From Eledone cirrhosa (lineage: Eukaryota): DNA of 64,000 nt. Where the stretch lies: contig OZ024742.1 in NCBI GenBank assembly GCA_964016885.1, positions 313,162,001 through 313,226,000 on the forward strand, given 5' to 3'. A program made the translations under genes and the position numbers. Below are positions 53,401 to 64,000 of this stretch, in pieces; within the stretch, counting starts at the first letter, position 1; each line of letters starts with the position of its first letter. The notes under the pieces are model-generated. The model saw nothing but the letters and a program-made list of their open reading frames with translations, searched no databases and was not told the origin of the DNA.

Positions 53401-56400
53401 TCCCTTGTCCAAGTCACCCACACATACCAGCCTCCCTTGTTGTCCAAGTCACCCTCACATACCAGCCTCCCTTGTCCAAGTCACCCACACATACCAGCCT
53501 CCCTTGTTGTCCAAGTCACCCTCACATACCAGCCTCCCTTGTCCAAGTCACCCTCACATACCAGCCTCCCTTGTTGTCCAAGTCACCCACACATACCAGC
53601 CTCCCTTGTTGTCCAAGTCACCCTCACATACCAGCCTCCCTTGTCCAAGTCACCCACACATACCAGCCTACCTTGTTGTCCAAGTCACCCTCACATACCA
53701 GCCTCCCTTGTTGTCCAAGTCACCCACACATACCAGCCTCCCTTGTTGTCCAAGTCACCCACACATACCAGCCTCCCTTGTTGTCCAAGTCACCCACACA
53801 TACCAGCCTCCCTTGTTGTCCAAGTCACCCACACGTACCAGCCTCCCTTGTCCAAGTCACCCACACATAACAGCCTCCCTTGTTGTCCAAGTCACCCACA
53901 CATACCAGCCTCCCTTGTTGTCCAAGTCACCCACACATACCAGCCTCCCTTGTTGTCCAAGTCACCCACACATACCAGCCTCCCTTGTCCAAGTCACCCA
54001 CACATACCAGCCTCCGTTGTTGTCCAAGTCACCCACACATACCAGCCTCCCTTGTTGTCCAAGTCACCCACACATACCAGCCTCCGTTGTTGTCCAAGTC
54101 ACCCACACATACCAGCCTCCGTTGTTGTCCAAGTCACCCACACATACCAGCCTCCGTTGTTGTCCAAGTCACCCACACATACCAGCCTCCCTTGTCCAAG
54201 TCACCCACACATACCAGCCTCCGTTGTTGTCCAAGTCACCCTCACATACCAGCCTCCGTTGTTGTCCAAGTCACCCACACATACCAGCCTCCCTTGTTGT
54301 ACAAGTCACCCACACATACCAGCCTCCCTTGTCCAAGTCACCCACACATACCAGCCTCCGTTGTTGTCCAAGTCACCCTCACATACCAGCCTCCGTTGTT
54401 GTCCAAGTCACCCACACATACCAGCCTCCCTTGTTGTCCAAGTCACCCACACATACCAGCCTCCGTTGTTGTCCAAGTCACCCACACATACCAGCCTCCG
54501 TTGTTGTCCAAGTCACCCACACATACCAGCCTCCGTTGTTGTCCAAGTCACCCACACATACCAGCCTCCCTTGTTGTCCAAGTCACCCTCACATACCAGC
54601 CTCCCTTGTCCAAGTCACCCACACATACCAGCCTCCCTTGTCCAAGTCACCCACACATACCAGCCTCCCTTGTTGTCCAAGTCACCCTCACATACCAGCC
54701 TCCGTTGTTGTCCAAGTCACCCACACATACCAGCCTCCCTTGTTGTCCAAGTCACCCACACATACCAGCCTCCCTTGTTGTCCAAGTCACCCACACATAC
54801 CAGCCTCCCTTGTTGTCCAAGTCACCCTCACATACCAGCCTCCGTTGTTGTCCAAGTCACCCACACATACCAGCCTCCCTTGTCCAAGTCACCCACACAT
54901 ACCAGCCTCCGTTGTTGTCCAAGTCACCCACACATACCAGCCTCCCTTGTTGTCCAAGTCACCCTCACATACCAGCCTCCGTTGTTGTCCAAGTCACCCA
55001 CACATACCAGCCTCCCTTGTCCAAGTCACCCACACATACCAGCCTCCGTTGTTGTCCAAGTTACCCTCACATACCAGCCTCCGTTGTTGTCCAAGTCACC
55101 CTCACATACCAGCCTCCCTTGTTGTCCAAGTCACCCTCACATACCAGCCTCCGTTGTTGTCCAAGTCACCCTCACATACCAGCCTCCCTTGTTGTCCAAG
55201 TCACCCTCACATACCAGCCTCCGTTGTTGTCCAAGTCACCCACACATACCAGCCTCCGTTGTTGTCCAAGTCACCCACACATACCAGCCTCCCTTGTCCA
55301 AGTCACCCACACATACCAGCCTCCCTTGTTGTCCAAGTCACCCTCACATACCAGCCTCCGTTGTTGTCCAAGTCACCCACACATACCAGCCTCCGTTGTT
55401 GTCCAAGTCACCCACACATACCAGCCTCCCTTGTCCAAGTCACCCACACATACCAGCCTCCCTTGTCCAAGTCACCCACACATACCAGCCTCCGTTGTTG
55501 TCCAAGTCACCCACACATACCAGCCTCCGTTGTTGTCCAAGTCACCCACACATACCAGCCTCCGTTGTTGTCCAAGTCACCCACACATACCAGCCTCCCT
55601 TGTTGTCCAAGTCACCCACACATACCAGCCTCCCCTGTTGTCCAAGTCACCCACACATACCAGCCTCCCTTGTTGTCCAAGTCACCCACACATACCAGCC
55701 TCCGTTGTTGTCCAAGTCACCCACACATACCAGCCTCCCCTGTTGTCCAAGTCACCCACACATACCAGCCTCCCTTGTTGTCCAAGTCACCCACACATAC
55801 CAGCCTCCCTTGTTGTCCAAGTCACCCACACATACCAGCCTCCCTTGTTGTCCAAGTCACCCACACATACCAGCCTCCCTTGTTGTCCAAGTCACCCACA
55901 CATACCAGCCACCGTTGTTGTCCAAGTCACCCACACATACCAGCCTCCGTTGTTGTCCAAGTCACCCTCACATACCAGCCTCCCTTGTCCAAGTCACCCA
56001 CACATACCAGCCTCCCTTGTCCAAGTCACCCACACATACCAGCCTCCCTTGTCCAAGTCACCCACACATACCAGCCTCCGTTGTTGTCCAAGTCACCCAC
56101 ACATACCAGCCTCCGTTGTTGTCCAAGTCACCCACACATACCAGCCTCCCTTGTCCAAGTCACCCACACATACCAGCCTCCCTTGTTGTCCAAGTCACCC
56201 ACACATACCAGCCTCCGTTGTTGTCCAAGTCACCCACACATACCAGCCTCCCTTGTTGTCCAAGTCACCCTCACATACCAGCCTCCCTTGTCCAAGTCAC
56301 CCACACATACCAGCCTCCCTTGTCCAAGTCACCCACACATACCAGCCTCCCTTGTCCAAGTCACCCACACATACCAGCCTCCGTTGTTGTCCAAGTCACC

Positions 56401-59400
56401 CACACATACCAGCCTCGGTTGTTGTCCAAGTCACCCACACATACCAGCCTCCCTTGTCCAAGTCACCCACACATACCAGCCTCCCTTGTTGTCCAAGTCA
56501 CCCACACATACCAGCCTCCGTTGTTGTCCAAGTCACCCACACATACCAGCCTCCCTTGTTGTCCAAGTCACCCACACATACCAGCCTCCCTTGTTGTCCA
56601 AGTCACCCACACATACCAGCCTCCCTTGTTGTCCAAGTCACCCACACATACCAGCCTCCGTTGTTGTCCAAGTCACCCACACATACCAGCCTCCGTTGTT
56701 GTCCAAGTCACCCACACATACCAGCCTCCCTTGTTGTCCAAGTCACCCAAACATACCAGCCTCCGTTGTTGTCCAAGTCACCCACACATACCAGCCTCCG
56801 TTGTTGTCCAAGTCACCCACACATACCAGCCTCCGTTGTTGTCCAAGTCACCCACACATACCAGCCTCCGTTGTTGTCCAAGTCACCCACACATACCAGC
56901 CTCCCTTGTTGTCCAAGTCACCCACACTTACCAGCCTCCGTTGTTGTCCAAGTCACCCACACATACCAGCCTCCCTTGTTGTCCAAGTCACCCACACATA
57001 CCAGCCTCCCTTGTTGTCCAAGTCACCCACACATACCAGCCTCCGTTGTGGTCCAAGTCACCCACACATACCAGCCTCCGTTGATGTCCAAGTCACCCAC
57101 ACATACCAGCCTCCGTTGTTGTCCAAGTCACCCTCACATACCAGCCTCCCTTGTCCAAGTCACCCACACATACCAGCCTCCCTTGTCCAAGTCACCCACA
57201 CATACCAGCCTCCCTTGTCCAAGTCACCCACACATACCAGCCTCCGTTGTTGTCCAAGTCACCCACACATACCAGCCTCCGTTGTTGTCCAAGTCACCCA
57301 CACATACCAGCCTCCCTTGTCCAAGTCACCCACACATACCAGCCTCCCTTGTTGTCCAAGTCACCCACACATACCAGCCTCCGTTGTTGTCCAAGTCACC
57401 CTCACATACCAGCCTCCCTTGTTGTCCAAGTCACCCACACATACCAGCCTCCCTTGTTGTCCAAGTCACCCACACATACCAGCCTCCCTTGTTGTCCAAG
57501 TCACCCACACATACCAGCCTCCGTTGTTGTCCAAGTCACCCACACATACCAGCCTCCGTTGTTGTCCAAGTCACCCACACATACCAGCCTCCCTTGTCCA
57601 AGTCACCCACACATACCAGCCTCCCTTGTTGTCCAAGTCACCCACACATACCAGCCTCCCCTGTTGTCCAAGTCACCCACACATACAAGCCTCCTTTGTT
57701 GTCCAAGTCACCCACACATACCAGCCTCCGTTGTTGTCCAAGTCACCCACACATACCAGCCTCCCCTGTTGTCCAAGTCACCCACACATACCAGCCTCCC
57801 TTGTTGTCCAAGTCACCCTCACATACCAGCCTCCGTTGTTGTCCAAGTCACCCACACATACCAGCCTCCCTTGTTGTCCAAGTCACCCACACATACCAGC
57901 CTCCCTTGTTGTCCAAGTCACCCACACATACCAGCCTCCCTTGTTGTCCAAGTCACCCACACATACCAGCCTCCGTTGTTGTCCAAGTCACCCACACATA
58001 CCAGCCTCCGTTGTTGTCCAAGTCACCCACACATACCAGCCTCCGTTGTTGTCCAAGTCACCCTCACATACCAGCCTCCCTTGTCCAAGTCACCCACACA
58101 TACCAGCCTCCCTTGTCCAAGTCACCCACACATACCAGCCTCCGTTGTTGTCCAAGTCACCCACACATACCAGCCTCCGTTGTTGTCCAAGTCACCCACA
58201 CATACCAGCCTCCCTTGTCCAAGTCACCCACACATACCAGCCTCCCTTGTTGTCCAAGTCACCCACACATACCAGCCTCCGTTGTTGTCCAAGTCACCCA
58301 CACATACCAGCCTCCCTTGTTGTCCAAGTCACCCACACATACCAGCCTCCCTTGTTGTCCAAGTCACCCACACATACCAGCCTCCCTTGTTGTCCAAGTC
58401 ACCCACACATACCAGCCTCCGTTGTTGTCCAAGTCACCCACACATACCAGCCTCCGTTGTTGTCCAAGTCACCCACACATACCAGCCTCCGTTGTTGTCC
58501 AAGTCACCCTCACATACCAGCCTCCCTTGTCCAAGTCACCCACACATACCAGCCTCCCTTGTCCAAGTCACCCACACATACCAGCCTCCGTTGTTGTCCA
58601 AGTCACCCACACATACCAGCCTCCGTTGTTGTCCAAGTCACCCACACATACCAGCCTCCCTTGTCCAAGTCACCCACACATACCAGCCTCCCTTGTTGTC
58701 CAAGTCACCCACACATACCAGCCTCCGTTGTCCAAGTCACCCACACATACCAGCCTCCCTTGTTGTCCAAGTCACCCACACATACCAGCCTCCGTTGTTG
58801 TCCAAGTCACCCACACATACCAGCCTCCCTTGTTGTCCAAGTCACCCACACATACCAGCCTCCCTTGTTGTCCAAGTCACCCACACATACCAGCCTCCCT
58901 TGTTGTCCAAGTCACCCACACATACCAGCCTCCCTTGTTGTCCAAGTCACCCTCACATACCAGCCTCCCTTGTCCAAGTCACCCACACATACCAGCCTCC
59001 CTTGTCCAAGTCACCCACACATACCAGCCTCCCTTGTCCAAGTCACCCACACATACCAGCCTCCATTGTTGTCCAAGTCACCCACACATACCAGCCTCCG
59101 TTGTTGTCCAAGTCACCCACACATACGAGCCTCCCTTGTCCAAGTCACCCACACATACCAGCCTCCCTTGTTGTCCAAGTCACCCACACATACCAGCCTC
59201 CGTTGTTGTCCAAGTCACCCACACATACCAGCCTCCCTTGTTGTCCAAGTCACCCACACATACCAGCCTCCGTTGTTGTCCAAGTCACCCACACATACCA
59301 GCCTCCCTTGTTGTCCAAGTCACCCACACATACCAGCCTCCCTTGTTGTCCAAGTCACCCACACATACCAGCCTCCGTTGTTGTCCAAGTCACCCACACA

Positions 59401-62400
59401 TACCAGCCTCCGTTGTTGTCCAAGTCACCCACACATACCAGCCTCCGTTGTTGTCCAAGTCACCCACACATACCAGCCTCCCTTGTTGTCCAAGTCACCC
59501 ACACATACCAGCCTCCGTTGTTGTCCAAGTCACCCACACATACCAGCCTCCGTTGTTGTCCAAGTCACCCACACATACCAGCCTCCGTTGTTGTCCAAGT
59601 CACCCACACATACCAGCCTCCGTTGTTGTCCAAGTCACCCACACATACCAGCCTCCCTTGTTGTCCAAGTCACCCACACATACCAGCCTCCGTTGTTGTC
59701 CAAGTCACCCACACATACCAGCCTCCCTTGTTGTCCAAGTCACCCACACATACCTGCCTCCCTTGTTGTCCAAGTCACCCACACATACCAGCCTCCGTTG
59801 TTGTCCAAGTCACCCACACATACCAGCCTCCGTTGTTGTCCAAGTCACCCACACATACCAGCCTCCGTTGTTGTCCAAGTCACCCTCACATACCAGCCTC
59901 CCTTGTCCAAGTCACCCACACATACCAGCCTCCCTTGTCCAAGTCACCCACACATACCAGCCTCCCTTGTCCAAGTCACCCACACATACCAGCCTCCGTT
60001 GTTGTCCAAGTCACCCACACATACCAGCCTCCGTTGTTGTCCAAGTCACCCACACATACCAGCCTCCCTTGTCCAAGTCACCCACACATACCAGCCTCCC
60101 TTGTTGTCCAAGTCACCCACACATACCAGCCTCCGTTGTTGTCCAAGTCACCCTCACATACCAGCCTCCCTTGTTGTCCAAGTCACCCACACATACCAGC
60201 CTACCTTGTTGTCCAAGTCACCCACACATACCAGCCTCCCTTGTTGTCCAAGTCACCCACACATACCAGCCTCCGTTGTTGTCCAAGTCACCCACACATA
60301 CCAGCCTCCGTTGTTGTCCAAGTCACCCATACATACCAGCCTCCCTTGTCCAAGTCACCCACACATACCAGCCTCCCTTGTTGTCCAAGTCACCCACACA
60401 TACCAGCCTCCGTTGTTGTCCAAGTCACCCACACATACCAGCCTCCGTTGTTGTCCAAGTCACCCACACATACCAGCCTCCCTTGTCCAAGTCACCCACA
60501 CATACCAGCCTCCCTTGTCCAAGTCACCCACACATACCAGCCTCCCTTGTTGTCCAAGTCACCCACACATACCAGCCTCCCTTGTTGTCCAAGTCACCCA
60601 CACATACCAGCCTCCGTTGTTGTCCAAGTCACCCACACATACCAGCCTCCCTTGTCCAAGTCACCCTCACATACCAGCCTCCCTTGTCCAAGTCACCCAC
60701 ACATACCAGCCTCCCTTGTCCAAGTCACCCTCACATACCAGCCTCCCTTGTTGTCCAAGTCACCCACACATACCAGCCTCCCTTGTTGTCCAAGTCACCC
60801 TCACATACCAGCCTCCGTTGTTGTCCAAGTCACCCACACATACCAGCCTCCGTTGTTGTCCAAGTCACCCACACATACCAGCCTCCCTTGTCCAAGTCAC
60901 CCACACATACCAGCCTCCCTTGTTGTCCAAGTCACCCACACATACCAGCCTCCCTTGTCCAAGTCACCCACACATACCAGCCTCCCTTGTCCAAGTCACC
61001 CACACATACCAGCCTCCCTTGTCCAAGTCACCCTCACATACCAGCCTCCCTTGTCCAAGTCACCCTCACATACCAGCCTCCCTTGTTGTCCAAGTCACCC
61101 ACACATACCAGCCTCCCTTGTTGTCCAAGTCACTCTCACATACCAGCCTCCGTTGTTGTCCAAGTCACCCACACATACCAGCCTCCATTGTCCAAGTCAC
61201 CCTCACATACCAGCCTCCCTTGTTGTCCAAGTCACCCACACATACCAGCCTCCCTTGTTGTCCAAGTCACCCTCACATACCAGCCTCCGTTGTTGTCCAA
61301 GTCACCCACACATACCAGCCTCCGTTGTTGTCCAAGTCACCCACACATACCAGCCTCCCTTGTCCAAGTCACCCACACATACCAGCCTCCCTTGTTGTCC
61401 AAGTCACCCACACATACCAGCCTCCCTTGTCCAAGTCACCCACACATACCAGCCTCCCTTGTTGTCCAAGTCACCCACACATACCAGCCTCCCTTGTTGT
61501 CCAAGTCACCCACACATACCAGCCTCCCTTGTTGTCCAAGTCACCCACACATACCAGCCTCCCTTGTTGTCCAAGTCACCCACACATACCAGCCTCCCTT
61601 GTTGTCCAAGTCACCCACACATACCAGCCTCCATTGTCCAAGTCACCCACACATACCAGCCTCCCTTGTCCAAGTCACCCACACATACCAGCCTCCCTTG
61701 TCCAAGTCACCCTCACATACCAGCCTCCCTTGTCCAAGTCACCAACACATACCAGCCTCCCTTGTCCAAGTCACCCACACATACCAGCCTCCCTTGTTCA
61801 AGTCACCCTCACATACCAGCCTCCCTTGTCCAAGTCACCCACACATACCAGCCTCCCTTGTCCAAGTCACCCACACATACCAGCCTCCCTTGTCCAAGTC
61901 ACCCTCACATACCAGCCTCCCTTGTCCAAGTCACCCACACATACCAGCCTCCCTTGTCCAAGTCACCCACACATACCAGCCTCCCTTGTTGTCCAAGTCA
62001 CCCACACATACCAGCCTCCGTTGTTGTCCAAGTCACCCACACATACCAGCCTCCCTTGTTGTCCAAGTCACCCATACATACCAGCCTCCCTTGTCCAAGT
62101 CACCCACGTATAGCAGCCTCCGTTGTTGTCCAAGTCACCCACACATACCAGCCTCCCTTGTTGTCCAGGTCACCCACACATACCAGCCTCCCTTGTTGTC
62201 CAAGGCACCCACAAATACCAGCCTCCGTTGTTGTCCAAGTCACCCACACATACCAGCCTCCCTTGTCCAAGTCACCCACACATACCAGCCTCCGTTGTTG
62301 TCCAAGTCACCCTCACATACCAGCCTCCCTTGTCCAAGTCACCCACACATACCAGCCTCCGTTGTTGTCCAAGTCACCCACACATACCAGCCTCCGTTGT

Positions 62401-64000
62401 TGTCCAAGTCACCCATACATACCAGCCTCCCTTGTCCAAGTCACCCACGCATAGCAGCCTCCGTTGTTGTCCAAGTCACCCACACATACCAGCCTCCCTT
62501 GTTGTCCAAGTCACCCACACATACCAGCCTCCGTTGTTGTCCAAGTCACCCACACATACCAGCCTCCGTTGTTGTCCAAGTCACCCACACATACCAGCCT
62601 CCCTTGTCCAAGTCACCCACACATACCAGCCTCCGTTGTTGTCCAAGTCACCCATACATACCAGCCTCCGTTGTTGTCCAAGTCACCCATACATACCAGC
62701 CTCCCTTGTCCAAGTCACCCACACATACCAGCCTCCGTTGTTGTCCAAGTCACCCACACATACCAGCCTCCGTTGTTGTCCAAGTCACCCACACATACCA
62801 GCCTCCCTTGTCCAAGTCACCCACACATACCAGCCTCCGTTGTTGTCCAAGTCACCCATACATACCAGCCTCCCTTGTCCAAGTCACCCACACATACCAG
62901 CCTCCCTTGTTGTCCAAGTCACCCACACATACCAGCCTCCCTTGTTGTCCAAGTCACCCACACATACCAGCCTCCCTTGTTGTCCAAGTCACCCACACAT
63001 ACCAGCCTCCCTTGTTGTCCAAGTCACCCATACATACCAGCCTCCCTTGTCCAAGTCACCCACACATACCAGCCTCCCTTGTCCAAGTCACCCTCACATA
63101 CCAGCCTCCGTTGTTGTCCAAGTCACCCACACATACCAGCCTCCGTTGTTGTCCAAGTCACCCATACATACCAGCCTCCCTTGTCCAAGTCACCCACACA
63201 TACCAGCCTCCCTTGTTGTCCAAGTCACCCACACATACCAGCCTCCGTTTTTGTCCAAGTCACCCACACATACCAGCCTCCCTTGTCCAAGTCACCCACA
63301 CATACCAGCCTCCCTTGTTGTCCAAGTCACCCACACATACCAGCCTCCCTTGTCCAAGTCACCCACACATACCAGCCTCCGTTGTTGTCCAAGTCACCCA
63401 CACGTACCAGCCTCCCTTGTCCAAGTCACCCACAGATACCAGCCTCCCTTGTTGTCCAAGTCACCCACACATACCAGCCTCCGTTGTTGTCCAAGTCACC
63501 CATACATACCAGCCTCCGTTGTTGTCCAAGTCACCCATACATACAAGGCTCCCTTGTCCAAGTCACCCACACATACCAGCCTTCCTTGTTGTCCAAGTCA
63601 CCCACACATACCAGCCTCCGTTGTTGTCCAAGTCACCCACACATACCAGCCTCCCTTGTCCAAGTCACCCACACATACCAGCCTCCGTTGTTGTCCAAGT
63701 CACCCACACATACCAGCCTCCGTTGTTGTCCAAGTCACCCACACATACCAGCCTCCCTTGTTGTCCAAGTCACCCACACATACCAGCCTCCCTTGTTGTC
63801 CAAGTCACCCACACATACCAGCCTCCCTTGTTGTCCAAGTCACCCACACATACCAGCCTCCGTTGTTGTCCAAGTCACCCATACATACCAGCCTCCCTTG
63901 TCCAAGTCACCCACACATACCAGCCTCCGTTGTTGTCCAAGTCACCCACACATACCAGCCTCCGTTGTTGTCCAAGTCACCCACACATACCAGCCTCCGT
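35410..64000 (+). repeat. 32/35-bp satellite array, at least 28.5 kb (about 840 units), continues past the window end
   Basis: Unit AGTCACCCACACATACCAGCCTCC[C/G]TTG(TTG)TCCA with three main variants interleaved. Confidence 0.99.

Noticed and set aside
35347-62454. Giant ORFs of 700-4300 aa
   Set aside because: All three frames give the same periodic peptide because the 32/35-bp unit has no stop codon on the + strand. There is no unique domain, so these are satellite artefacts.
35410-64000. CRISPR-like array (repeat length 32-35 bp)
   Set aside because: The units are contiguous with no unique spacers, there are no cas genes, and the context is eukaryotic.

Overview
Eukaryotic, gene-poor, repeat-saturated window. 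The SINE, LINE and microsatellite make-up resembles cephalopod (octopus-like) DNA, which is my inference and not verified. 1-24 kb is a nest of non-LTR retroelements: two L1/Tx1-type LINEs (one full length but frameshifted, 17730-23639) plus a 3' fragment, several RTE-clade fragments (two carry a PHD-type finger inside the RT region, one carries C-terminal C2H2 fingers), and about ten tRNA-SINE copies, mostly sitting in (TA)n or (AAT)n tracts. 24-64 kb is dominated by microsatellites, a 63-bp minisatellite (26.05-32.0 kb) and a 32/35-bp satellite of at least 28 kb (35.4 kb to the window end). The best find is a 311-bp, highly self-complementary tandem repeat at 10763-11460. Each full unit carries a type I hammerhead ribozyme motif on the minus strand, and the array ends in a 41-bp terminal redundancy plus a 35-bp inverted piece. 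This fits a non-coding retrozyme or Penelope-pLTR-like circular RNA element. No host protein-coding gene can be supported with confidence, and the giant ORFs are repeat artefacts. Element boundaries were read by eye and are approximate.
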